This document shows positions 50,455 through 63,149 of a stretch of 64,000 nucleotides of DNA, piece after piece. The notes beneath the pieces were generated by a model. It had not been told where the DNA came from. It ran no database searches and was given only the letters and a program-made list of their open reading frames with translations. The stretch is from Octopus sinensis (lineage: Eukaryota), in assembly GCF_006345805.1 (NCBI RefSeq), contig NC_043000.1:114266001-114330000 (forward strand), written 5' to 3'. Position 1 is the first letter of the stretch; each line of letters opens with the position of its first letter. Position numbers and translations under genes: made by a program.

Positions 50455-51624
50455 GCAATGGAATGGATGGTCAATATAGATGGATGGCATTGATAAAAGC
50501 GTATTAAGCTTTTAATTCAGTCTATTGTTTAAAAGTGTCTCCTTGTACAACAGAGTAAAAACACACAAATCAGACCAGCCTATTATTGTGAGTAATGGGG
50601 AGCAGGCAGGGTTGTGGATAATCTATCAGAAATATTTGTTTACTTTGAATTACAGATCAGATATCACAAATCTAGAGGCGGGGTCCAAGGATTTGATTAC
50701 AAGCTATCCAGGAGGAGTCTAATGTCTCTTGACTGACTAGAGATAGTAACCAAATCTCTCTCAAATTACACCCAATCAGCTAAAAGAGGGAAGGGCATAT
50801 TGAGTAATCCTTTTGTGTGTTTCAGTCATTTGACTGTGACCATATAAAAATTTGGTAATGCTTGGAGAAAAAGACTGGATTTTCATAGCTGTTAGGCTTT
50901 TGGTCCTAAGTCAGCCACAAATCTGTTGAAGAAAAACGTCCAAATGACATTAACAGCTAAAGCAAGTCTATGGATTATCTCAAGTTTATGGAAATCTGTG
51001 GAGATTTAGTGGCAAAAATTGTGGTAGACTGGAACAGTGTGGAAGTGTAGTAAAAAGCTTGCTTCTCAACCACACGATTCAGGATTTGGAAAGCATCTGT
51101 CCAAGGTGCCACACAGCAGGACTGAATCCAAATCCACATGGTTGTAAAGCAAATTTCTTAACCACAAAACCAAACCTGTGCACGTGCACACACACACACA
51201 GCTGTGCATATATATATGTGTGTGTGTGTGTGTGTGTAATTGTTGCCAGTGTTGCCTTACTGGCACCTGTGCTGGTGGCACATGAAAAAAATCAACATTC
51301 AAGTGTGGTCATTACCAGTGTTGCCGGACATACACAGAGAGAGATATCTTATCTTGTGACCAACCAGACTACCAGATGCTGTTACACATCGCTGGTCACA
51401 ATGCCCTTTACACTGCTTTAGCTTTTCAATGATGCCAATCCACTGGCTAGGTGAGTAGGCCAACGTTTCCTCTGATCAAAGGGAGGGACCAAAGCAACAT
51501 GATATGAAGTGTTTAGCTCAAGAACACAATGTGGTGCCAAGTCAGGGAATCAAACACGCAATCTAGTGATCATGAGTTCAACAGACTAACCACTAGGTCA
51601 CACATCTTCACACACACACATATT

Positions 51625-52019
51625 CTTTTCTTCTTTTACTTGTTTCAGTCAATTTACTGCAGCCATGCTGGAGCACTGCCTTTAGTCAAACAAATTGACC
51701 CTAGGACTTATTCTATCGGTCTCTTTTGCAAAACAGCTAAGTTACGGGGACATAAACACACAAACATAGGTTGTCAAGCGATGGTGGGTGGACAAACACA
51801 GACACACAAATACATACATTCTATTTAGATCATGATAGATCGCTAGCTACAAAACCTATTTTTTATTTTCTCTGCCTGTTTATTTCTGTGTTCCTTTCTG
51901 TGGAAGAGTGTAGGCTCGAAATGTAAAAGACTTTCTCACTTCCCGAGCATTAAACTAATACATTTGTTTGTTGTCTACATGCCCGTCTTTGTCTTTTGTC
52001 TTTTTGTAAATTCTCACAA

Positions 52020-52058
<39 letters not shown>

Positions 52059-52210
52059 GCTCCTTTCAGTTTCTGTCTACCAAATCCACTCACAAGGCCT
52101 TGGTCAGCATCAGGCTATAGTAGAAGACACTTGCCCAAGGTGCCATACAATGGGACTGAACCCAGAATCATGTGGTTGAAAAGCAAACTTCTTACCACAC
52201 AGCCACTTCT
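51625..52210 (-). mobile_element. Family B SINE split by a family P insertion
   Basis: 3' half 51625-51810 and 5' half 52055-52210 are collinear. Confidence 0.75.
51831..52020 (+). mobile_element. Family P repeat, third copy, hammerhead-like motif at 51894-51929
   Basis: catgatagatcgctagc...cttt-ctgtggaa-gagt-gtag-gctc-gaaa-tg-ta-aaagacttt...gtaaattctc. Confidence 0.75.
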
Positions 52211-53084
52211 GTACTTACGTGAACATACATGTCGTTCTCTCTGACCTGGCATTAGCTTGCCTTTCCATTCATAAAGGTAAACTTTAGAGTTGTCAGGCCA
52301 ACTTTGGCATCATACCAGAAAACTATGTTCTCAGGTTGTGATCTTAGTACAAAACATTTTAAATGAAACAGCATGTCTAACTGCCAGTGGAGTGGTGATG
52401 GTGGTTGGTGGTTTTACAGCTGACTGTCCTTCTAGACATCAGATATTTCTTTAAAAAGAAATCTCAGAGCCATTGATATTTCTGAAGAATTTTTTCACTA
52501 TTAATTCTTCACTCACAAAATAGAATTCTAAGACAGTAAACAATTCAGAAACTGGAGCCCTGCTTCAGTTCTAACAGAAAAAAAAAATCAAACAAGACAA
52601 AAATAAACAAACAAACAAACAAATAAATAAGGACCCTAAAGGGATAAGCTGCACTGCAGCAAAAATATACACCATCTTCTGGGGACATAACCTAAAAATA
52701 GTTGAGAGGAAAGAGAGAAAAAGAAGTGTGATGTTGAGAAGATTAATTTAGTCGTCTTTGAGAAAGATAAATAGATTGCTTTCTATGAAAGCATATTTTA
52801 GACAAGTTGTCAGCCTGCCAGAACCAATACACTTGTTACTGGATTAAGGGAAAGATTTGGAGAAGAAAACTAAATAAAAGAAATTCTTAAAAGAAATAGA
52901 AACTCCCTAATGAGGAAGTCTTGCTTCTAAATTTCAATGTAGTATTTATAAACGTACGTGTGTGTGAGTGTGTGGAGTGAGAGGCGGTGGGGTATATATT
53001 CTTCAAACTTTTATGATGTAAATGTGTGTTTGTGTATGTGTATCACGTTAAAAGCACTAGTGGTGGTGCTGTGTAAGAAGCAGT

Positions 53085-53420
53085 GGTGTCAGTGCCACTT
53101 AAAAAGCACCCAGTACACTCTGTAGGGTGGTTGGCATTAGGAAGGGTAGGTACCCTGTTGCAGAAACCATGCTAGAACAGACAATGGGGCCTGGGGTGGT
53201 CTCCAGCCTTACCAGCTCCTGTCGAACCATCCAACCCATGCCAACACAGAAAACAGACATTAAACGATGGTGATGATGATTGGCATTAGGAAGGGCATCC
53301 AGCTGTAGAAACTCTGCCAGATCAAGATTGGAGCCTGGTGCAGCCATCTGGTTCGACAGCCCTCAGTCAAAATCGTCCAACTCATGCTAGCATGGAAAGC
53401 GGACGTTAAACAATGATGAT
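53085..53420 (+). mobile_element. Two tandem family A 3' ends
   Basis: ttaaacgatggtgatgatgat at ~53260 and ttaaacaatgatgatg at ~53405. Confidence 0.8.
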
Positions 53421-53427
53421 GTGTAAG

Positions 53428-53640
53428 GTAGTGAGCTGGCAGAAAGTTAGCATGCTGGACAAAATACTTAGCGGTATTTCGCCTATCGCAATGTTGTGAG
53501 TTCATATTCTGCCGAGATCGACTTTGCCTTTCATCCTTCCAGGGTCGATAAATTAAGTACCAGTAAAACGCTGGGGTCAATGCAATCGATTATCCCTCTC
53601 CCCCAAATTTCAGACTTTAGCCTATAATAGAAAAGATTAT
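53428..53640 (+). mobile_element. Family C SINE
   Basis: gtagtgagctggcagaaagttagcatgc...gactttgcctttcatccttccagggtcgataaattaagtacc. Confidence 0.85.
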
Positions 53641-53775
53641 TATATGTGTGTGCACACACTCACTCACACACACACACATGAAGGCACAATCATGCATACC
53701 CATGCAATCAAACCAACAACTCAAAAGATTTGTAGTGGCTCGATCTGCTAGAAATAGCTGCCAAATTTCCCTTAA

Positions 53776-53996
53776 CCCTTTAGCATTTAGATTATTCTGT
53801 AACATGTAATGCTTTTTATCTTCCCATTCTAATCAATTGGTCATGCAATATCCTGTAGCTTTGAGATTCTTATGATGTGATTGTTTAGTTTCAAAATTAC
53901 ATTGTTGGGTAGGTCTGAAAGGTCAGATCTGGCCAGTTTGTACATAAAACAGATAGAATATTTGGGCCAGATACAGCTGGTTTAAGAGATAAAGGG
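53776..53996. mobile_element. piggyBac-like MITE
   Basis: ttaa|cccttta ... taaaggg|ttaa (TTAA at 53772-75 and 53997-54000). Confidence 0.75.
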
Positions 53997-54112
53997 TTAA
54001 ATCACACCCTGAACAACCTAAAATCTGAATCCAAAAGGCAGGATAGCCATGGCTAGAGTATCCCTGATCTGCAGTTTCAAGGCAGACCTAGACATAGAAA
54101 ATAACTTAAGTC

Positions 54113-54445
54113 ATCATCATTATCATCATTTAACGTCCGCTTTCCATGCTAGCATGGGTTGGACGATTTGACTGAGGTCTGGCGAACCAGACTCCAATCT
54201 GATCTGGCAGAGTTTCTACAGCTGGATGCTCTTCCTAATGCCAACCACTCTGAGAGTGTAGTGGGTGCTCTTATGTGCCACTGGTACAAGGGCCATTTTG
54301 GTGGTACTGGCAACGGCCACGCCCAAATGGTGCTTTTTACGTGCCACCTGCACAGGAGCCAGTCCAGCGGCACTGGCGATGACCTCACTCAAATGTTTCA
54401 CGTGCCACCAGTACAAGTGCTAGTAAGGTGACGCGGTAACGATCA
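54113..54445 (-). mobile_element. Family A repeat
   Basis: (cat)n-ttaacgtccgctttccatgctagc...gacgcggtaacgatc. Confidence 0.85.
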
Positions 54446-55029
54446 ATAATAAACTAAAATAAGTAAATATTGGAAATACTATTGAACTGATCAACAGTCT
54501 ATTGACCATTAACCACAGGCTTGTCACTCCACCTCTACACTCCCTGATTGTGTCCGACCCCTTCTCCTCGGACCCACTCCTGACCACTGTACTCAGGCTT
54601 CAACAGAATACGGATTCTCTGGAATCTCCTCTGTTCATTGATTGGATTAGAACCTGTGATCTATTCATGAAAATCTATCAAATCTATAATAAAAGCATGA
54701 TTGAGTGGGTGAAGATAGCAGGTGAGTTACGCTCAAATTATGACCAACTGTCTTTAAGAAAAAGTTATCTCTGCTACTATCAGCACCGTTACCATTACCA
54801 TTGCTATGACGTCATCACCACCACCATTTCTCTCATCACTGTCTGTATAAATCACCACCACCATCGTCACTACTATCATCAACATCGTCAACAATGACAC
54901 AGCATCCATCATTACCATTCCCTCCCATTGGAAAATGTTCCAGGTTAGTAGAGGACAGTCTCTGTTATTACGTCACTATATCCTACTGCATTGTAGTTTT
55001 TACACTGTACATCTATATTTATACACACA

Positions 55030-56012
55030 CACACATATATACATACAAACATAAGATATACATACATACATATATATATATACATATATATGTGCATACA
55101 TATATATATATGCATGCATACATACATATATGCATACATACATACATATATGCATACATATATATATAAGCATACATACATATATATATAAGCATACATA
55201 CATATATATATATGCATATATATATGCATACATACATACATATGCATGCATACATACATATGCATGCATACATACATATACATGCATATATATATGCATA
55301 CATACATACATATGCATGCATACATACATATACATGCATACATACATATACACGCATACATACATATACATGCATGCATACATATACATGCATACATACA
55401 TACATACATATATACATACATGCATACATACATATATATGCATACATGCATACATACATATATATGCATACATACATTCATACGTATATATGCATGCATA
55501 CATACATACGTATATATATATGCATACATATATACATATATATGCATACATACATACATATATACATATATATGCATACATACATACATATATACATATA
55601 TATGCATACATACATACATATATACATATATATGCATACATACATACATATATACATATATATGCATACATACATACATATATATGCATACATACATATA
55701 TACATATATATGCATACATATATACATATATATACATACATATATACATATACATACATACATATATACATATATATACATACATATATACATATATATA
55801 CATACATACATACATATATATACATACTACATATACATATATATGCATACATATATACATATATGCATACATATATACATATATATGCATACATATATAC
55901 ATATATATGCATACATATATACATATATATACATACATACATACATATATATACATACATACATACATATATATACATACATACATATATATACATACAT
56001 ACATACATATAT

Positions 56013-56043
<31 letters not shown>

Positions 56044-56067
56044 CATACATACATACATACATATATA

Positions 56068-56112
<45 letters not shown>

Positions 56113-56150
56113 CACACATATATACACATGTATATGCATACATATATAAA
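55030..56150. repeat. ~1.1-kb alternating purine-pyrimidine compound microsatellite (TA/TACA/TGCA)
   Basis: Includes five perfect 30-bp higher-order units tatacatatatatgcatacatacatacata at 55531-55680. Confidence 0.95.
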
Positions 56151-56188
56151 ATTAATATAAACAGCAGGTTGCAATGTTTGACCAAAAG

Positions 56189-56294
56189 GGAGAATTATAA
56201 TCGTGACTGCGACTAGGGTGCTAAAAAACACCTAGTAATAATGTAGGTGTTTTTTCAACACCCTAGTCACATTTAGTAAAAATTATAATTCTCC
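56189..56294. repeat. ~105-bp palindromic hairpin element (mini-MITE)
   Basis: Nested pairs ggagaattataat/attataattctcc, gactagggtg/caccctagtc and aaaaaacaccta/taggtgtttttt. Confidence 0.8.
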
Positions 56295-56297
56295 AAT

Positions 56298-56346
<49 letters not shown>

Positions 56347-56840
56347 CATACATACATACATACACAAACGCACATTACACTAAATGCATTGTCTGCTGCG
56401 TTAACTGCATTGACTACACTCTACATATACACTACTATGCTAACTACACGGTATCTGCTGTGATAAAACTGCATTGTATATCGACTGCACTACGACTGCT
56501 GCAGTGAATGCACTATAGTAACGCTGCATTATATTCGTTGCTGCTTAAAATGTTTAGAAAATCTATTCTGTTATACAACCAATACTTCTGACATAAAACT
56601 GTGAAGGTAAAGATAATCTTCTCACCTCATTTCACACAGTGTCTGTCTGTCTGTCTCTTTCTCTGTCTCTCTCTACCTTTCAATACACACTAACAACCAC
56701 AACCCCGAGCACTCCCAGATATATATATATGGGTTTTTTATATAAGCTTAAAGGTTATGGCAATCACCATGCAACGACTAAGGAAAATAGTCTAATAAAA
56801 GGGCATATAAGCCCTCGACAGAAAAAAGAAGGCTTTCCTA

Positions 56841-56914
56841 TCCGCATGGGAATCGAACCCACATCCCTTTGTTAACGCGAGTAAGCGCGTTCCTTCACAC
56901 TAGCGAATCAACCG
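56841..56914 (-). pseudogene. tRNA-like sequence (Val-TAC-like anticodon arm), probably a SINE head or tRNA pseudogene
   Basis: Minus strand: tagtgtgaagg (A-box-like), stem acgcg/cgcgt with loop cttactc, T-arm gtggg-ttcgatt-cccat; acceptor stem does not pair. Confidence 0.55.
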
Positions 56915-56999
56915 AAATGTGTGTGTGTATATGTGTGATTTACACAGGGATATGATATCCCACCATCCAAGAAAAGTTAAAAGAGCTTCAATAGAAGGA

Positions 57000-57038
<39 letters not shown>

Positions 57039-57049
57039 CGTGCGTGCAC

Positions 57050-57205
57050 ATGGGTTTCTTTCAGTTTCTGTCTCCTGAATCCACTGAAAAGGCTTCGGTC
57101 GGCCTGAAGCTATAGTATAAGACACTTACCCAAGGTGCCATGCAGTGGGACTGAACTTGGAACCATGTGGTTGAGAAGCAAGCTTCTTACCACACAACCA
57201 TGTCT
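57050..57205 (-). mobile_element. Family B SINE 5' half
   Basis: tttctttcagtttctgtc...ccaaggtgccatgcagtgggactgaac...cttaccacac. Confidence 0.8.
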
Positions 57206-58002
57206 GCGCATATATATGCATAGTTTTTTCCTCAATACACCGACAAATGTGCAAAATCACACTCACATGTAGCAATAGACATTTTCTCACACATACACAC
57301 ACAAATACATGTAAGAGAGAGTGAGGCGGGGGGGGGGAATAGAAGTTTTGATATGAAACAGTAATTAGTGTGCCCCAAGATAATTATTGTCAGATGATGA
57401 TAATAACCAGAGTGTTATAACATATGAATAAATAAATGATTCCAGCAGTTTCGACAAAACACTTTCAAATTACCATCTGCATCATTATAATCATCATCAC
57501 CATCATCACCAACCACAGCATAACCATCATCCTCATCTCATTAATATTATTGATATTGCTATTATCAAGGCATTTGTCACCTCACCAGCCATTAACACCA
57601 CCACTGTCACAGCCTTATCATCACCACAACCACTTCATCATCATAATCACCATCAGTATCATCACAATCAGCATCATTATAGGCGTTATCATCATACAGC
57701 ACAACCACTGCCAGCATCATTATCATACGTCTGTGCATCGCAACCATTGTTATCAACACCAGCATCATCTGTAAAAAACAAAGTAAGCTGTATATAACCT
57801 TTCTCCCACACTCCCAACTTCCAGTTGCCTCCCTTGAGTAACCCTCACCCCCATGCCATTCCATTATCCCTACCTAACCTAACTGCACAAATATTTAAGA
57901 CAAGATACACCAGTAACATTAACAACAGCAAAATTACTAAGATTATGAATAGTCTTACTATTACAGTAAGCCTAATGAAGAAAATTTACATATATTATAC
58001 AC

Positions 58003-58160
58003 TCACGGAGTGGTTGGCGTTAGGAAGGGCATCCAGCTGTAGAAACATTGCCAGATAAGACTGGAGCCTGGTGCAGCCTTCTGGCTTCCCAGATCCCCGG
58101 TCAAACCGTCCAACCCATGCTAGCATGGAGAACGGACGTTAAACGATGATGATGATGATT
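58003..58160 (+). mobile_element. Family A 3' part
   Basis: cactcacggagtggttggcgttaggaaggg...ggacgttaaacgatgatgatgatg. Confidence 0.85.
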
Positions 58161-58447
58161 AGTATAGGTTCTCGTCACCCACCCATAGTTTCCAAAAACT
58201 TAACAACTCTACAGCATGAATTTTTAACTTGTCATCAAATGAAGAAATCTACAACATGATTCAACATACTATAATCAAGCACCTATATACCTAATCCCTT
58301 GACATCCAACAGTAAAAAAGAAGAGCCACAGTATTACCTGGTCCACATCTCCTTTGTCCTTAAATGTTAAATGTAACTTTGTTAAAAACTTATCCTTAAG
58401 AAATAAGCATTTCCCCAATAACCACCAACTCAGAAAACAATTCTTAA

Positions 58448-58667
58448 CCCTTTCGATACCAACCTGGCTGAAACTGGTTCTCGTTCTGAGTACAAATGTC
58501 TTGTTTTCATACGTTTAGAATTAAAATCTTCCACCAAAACTTAGTCACAATTTATGTTCCTAACACTAGCTGAATGATAATTAAATTATTTTACTAAATT
58601 CTTTGTTAGATATAAAATGATTGAAAGAAACACACAGCATCTCAAAATAAATACAGTAATGAAAGGG
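58448..58667. mobile_element. piggyBac-like MITE (a different family)
   Basis: ttaa|ccctttcg ... tgaaaggg|ttaa; partial copies near 29850-30020 and 36200-36330. Confidence 0.75.
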
Positions 58668-60029
58668 TTAAAAGCAAAAAAATGTTTAAATTTTTATAGC
58701 TGTATCATCAATGTGTAAAATCTAACAAGCAAACCAACTAAATTAACTGAGGCTAACTGCGTAATCAGAAATACAATATTTGTCCCTTAAATCATTCATG
58801 CAATGCTGAAGCAATTATCGACGAAGCAGAAGTCACCTCCAGAAAACCAAACATAAGTATCATGTGTACACACTATGCAAATGTAGTAGAAGACAAATTA
58901 AAACAATATTTCAACCATACTTCTTTCAGAATTACAGAAAAGTAGAATGCAACTAAACTCCCCAATTATATCTGGTATTAGAAAGAACATGCTCCAATAT
59001 TATAAGTGAAAGATTCTCCAGAAATGCTGACCAAACAGAAATAGCAGATGAAATTGAAGTTTATTCTTGGCTGAAAGAAAGCCTTATACTTAACAATGCT
59101 AATAAATCTGCAGACTATCTCAATAATACAACAGAGGTTTTCACTAGATGTTGACACATTGTTCAGTATCTACTGAAATAGTGGGAGATTATACCACAAT
59201 CTGACTAAATGAATGAATATTTAACTCTTTACTAGGAGCATTGTGAAAGGGTAGAAAGGGAGAGAGAGAAAAACAGAGACAGAAAAACATTAATTCTATC
59301 TCCTGTAAACAATTGGCTTTATAGCTCATTAGTTTCAAAGAATAAAGGTCAGTGGAATAAGAAGTACCTTATTTGAAAAACAAGGATTGACAGAAAAGAT
59401 GCCTGTGACCATAAAAGATGACATTGCTTCATCTCATCCAACCCATGCCAGTACGGAAAAAAGCACACAAACAAAAATAAAACTTGATGATGATAATCAC
59501 CTTCCTTTAAAAAAGTAATTGGGCACCTAGGCAGCATGAGAGAGGGAGGAGAGAGGGGAAATATCTGCATGTGAATGACCAATTAATATATTTATATGGC
59601 AATGCTCATTAATTTTGATTTGATGAAAGTTGTGCAACTTTCAGAGAGTGGAATGTGAAATGGTGTTTAATCTTAATAGCGTCTGACAGCCATACCATGA
59701 ACTAAATAAACATCTGATATATTCCTCATCCACTCAATTCCAACAGCATCAGGATCCATAAAAGGTAGACCACAACATAAGAGATATCTACTGTACTCTC
59801 AACAACAACTAATCTACTTTGCAATTAGCTTTATTAACCCTTTATTATTCAGAGCACTCAAGTGTAATGCATTTTTATTCACACCAACCCTTTCCTTGTC
59901 ATCGTTCCTCCTTACCCAACCTTCCCCACTGGTGCTTCCCTTTATTACCTGCACCCCACCCACTATCTCTCCCTCTCTTTCCACTGGTGGAACCTTTCTC
60001 AGCTAGACCCCCCCCCAACTCAACTCTAG

Positions 60030-60277
60030 AAAAAGCTCGAACCGATCGTGACCGATGCCGGACACCCCGGCCCCTGTGCAGGTGGCACGTAAAAAGCACC
60101 CAATCCACTCGCGGAGTGGTTGGCGTTAGGAAGGGCATCCAGCCGTAGAAACTCTGCCAGATCAGACTGGAGCCTGGAGAGGCCTCTGGCTTCCCAGACC
60201 CCGGTCAAACCGTCAAACCGTCCAACCCGTGCTAGCGCGGAAAACGGACATTAAACGATGATGATGATGATGATGAT
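60030..60277 (+). mobile_element. Family A repeat
   Basis: ggtggcacgtaaaaagcacc...ttaaacgatgatgatg. Confidence 0.85.
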
Positions 60278-60624
60278 TGTTTGTAATTGATCATATATTG
60301 TCTCTCAGCTTCGAGATTATGATAATGTGATTTGTTCATTTCCAGAATGGCATAGTAGGGTAGGTGCAAGAAGCTGGATCTGGCCAGTTTAAACATAAAA
60401 CAGGTAGAATACACAGGCTGGATATGGCCGGTTTAAATGCTAAAGGGTTTACTCACTGGATTCTCAGGAACTATGAAATATATAACTTTCACAAAGCTAC
60501 TACGAGATGATAAAAGCACGAAAGCTTGATTTTTGCCATTCAAATGAGTTGCCCATGTTTTATTTGGTTGTTTCAAGGACTGTCCAAAATTATCATTTTA
60601 ATCAAATCAAATTTGCAAATTCAA

Positions 60625-61085
60625 TGACTGGCACCCATGCCAGTGGAGTGCTAAGAGCACCATCTGAGCGTGATCACTGCCAGAGCAGCTGACTGGCTTC
60701 CGTGCCGGTGGCACGTAAAAGGCACCATTCACATGTGATCGTTACCAGCGTCGCCCCACCTTACTGGCTTCCATGCAGGTGGCACGTGAAAAACATTCAA
60801 GCGAGGTCGTTGCCAGTGCCGCTGGACTGGCTCCTGTGCAGATGGCACATAAAAACACCACTTGAGCATGGCCGTTGCCAGTACCACCTCACTGGCCCTC
60901 GCGCCTGTGGCACATAAAAGCACCCACTACACTCTCAGAGTGGTTGGTGTTAGGAAGGGCATCCAGCTGTAGAAACTCTGCCAGATCAGATTGGAGCCTG
61001 GTGCAGCCATCTGGTTCACCAGTCCTCAGTCAAATCATCCAACCTATGCTAGCATGGAAAGCGGATGTTAAACGATGTTGATGAA
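60625..61085 (+). mobile_element. Family A repeat with several internal ~60-70-bp units
   Basis: Repeated tgactggc..ccgtgccggtggcac.taaaa..cacc units, then the standard 3' end. Confidence 0.85.
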
Positions 61086-61125
61086 GTTATCAGCTGAAGA
61101 AGTCTGTACATGTTAATTATATTCA

Positions 61126-61157
<32 letters not shown>

Positions 61158-63149
61158 GCTGAATGTAAGAGCGAGACAGAGATGTAAAAGTTTATTTGAA
61201 AATAAACCAAATCAGGAAATACAAATTTGCCATCATCCATATTGCATTATCTTAATTTCCTTAATATTCTTACTGCTCTGACTTTTGGTAAATTTCTCAG
61301 AATTTCCATCTCCATAAACATGTAGTTGCGACCACATCCTGCTCGTGGCAAGGAACCAAATTCATTCAACAGAAACATTAACCACATGTTACTTCTCTCT
61401 CAAAACTGGAATTTATTTATTTACCTATTTGAGGATGGTCATATCTCTTTTTTTTTTCTTTTTTTGCCAATTAACCACACACAATATACTTGGTCTTCAC
61501 TTCAAATTTATTATTATTATTATCATTATTATTATTTTTATTTTAGTGTCCTTTGTCTTAAATCTTTTGTCACATCTCCTGTGACCTCTTCAGTGACTCT
61601 CCCTCCATGTGTCTCCTCCTGTTCTGTTTAGTCTGGCACCTGGCCACAGCTTGGCTGGATCAACCCCCACTTCTTGACTGACAGGTACATGTTTTGTAAT
61701 CCCAGAAAGATTTAAAACAATGAAGTGTGTGGAACAAGGTAACAACTGTCTCAAGAAAGAAGTAAAATAAGATACCAATTTAAATACAATTAAAAAAAAA
61801 ACACCTAGTTGAGTGATGATGTTAATTAAATCATATCCCCAGTTAATTGAACAAATTCAGCTTCAGTGAAAATACACTTCTATTCCCACCTCATCAGATG
61901 CACTATATAAACCTCTTTCTGGCTGTTGAGAAAATTTATCAAATACCTACGCGCCACTCCTGCCCCCTTGTAACAGACTATATGTCCATTACTAACACCT
62001 CCAAACCATACCCACAACGCTATCAACATTAAAATCCTTAAATGATCAGATGCTGCCCACTGTTAACCGCATTTTATTCTGCCATTTGAAATTCTCAAAC
62101 GCTATATTAACCTAATCCTCTGTTAATCCTCCACTTATCCACACACTGCAAAGTCAGGCCAGGATAATTAATTAACAATAACAACAGCAGGGGATTATGC
62201 AGAAGGGGACTGTCGTTTAAATCAACTACTTGACTTCCTCCTCAATTTATCAAGAGATGTGAGAAAGAAAGCCAAGACCGGACCTCAGGATAAATGATTG
62301 CAACTAAATACAAGGTAGCTGTCACCATCCTGCTCTTTGTGTCTGCCTTTGATGGCAAGATGTCAAGCACAAGACCATAATTCAAGTGGTGAGAATACCC
62401 AACTTGTAATTCTTTTATCAACTCACTTCGTTCTGATCATGTCAATATCCCTGGTGTTCAAGCTCACAATGTTAAGCAGGAAATGTAACAAAATACACTT
62501 CTGCCATCCACTGCCTTTGTCCCCACCATCCTCACTGTCCCCCACCAACATGATTAACACTGATAGACGTAGCCATGTGAGAACTCTCTCCCCCTCAGGT
62601 TATTGATCTTTTTATCAAGTGATGGCAGAGTAAGAAAAATAATTGGAATAAATGACAAGAACTGCAACCACAAAAGCAGAAGTGCCAACTGTTCAGGGAT
62701 TCCAAGTTTTGTTGTTGTTGTTGATAATTGGGATCATCTGTTGTCTTGGATGCATCAGGCATGCCAAAAGTAGTTGCGAAGTGTGAGAGGTGGTATGGAA
62801 GGAAGAAGAGAAGGGCTGTAGAATTGGAACTAAAAAGGAAGGAAATCTCCTAGAAAAATCTCCTAGAATCTTTAAAAATAGGTAAGAAAATACAACAAAA
62901 AAAAAAGTAAAGAAAAGCAACAGCCAGAGAGACACCATGAGAGACCTAGAAACAGCTGACAAGTTCAGGTGCAGTCAGTCGGAAACTCTTCATACCAGAT
63001 GCCAGAAAGTTACAGGGGTCATCAGGAGAGAATGTGCACCATTTCAGGACCTTTTTCTCAACAGCTTTACAGCAAACAAGCCCCCACTCACTGATGTGAG
63101 ACCCCCACCTGTTTCAACTAACTGGTATCCAACCTCAAGTCCATTTCGT

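Noticed and set aside
54945-56231. Long ORFs of 134-379 aa on both strands
   Set aside because: They lie within the TA/TACA/TGCA microsatellite; the H/I/Y/T/M/C/V composition is what stop-poor RY repeats produce.
58325-58365. Possible 21-nt minus-strand microexon (ag|DKGDVDQ|gtaata)
   Set aside because: Weak polypyrimidine tract; its phase and sequence do not fit between the LRCH LRR exons.
58790-59130. Broken reading frames that look protein-like (NHSCNAEAIIDEAEV...)
   Set aside because: Multiple stops and no motif I can assign; possibly an old TE, left unannotated.
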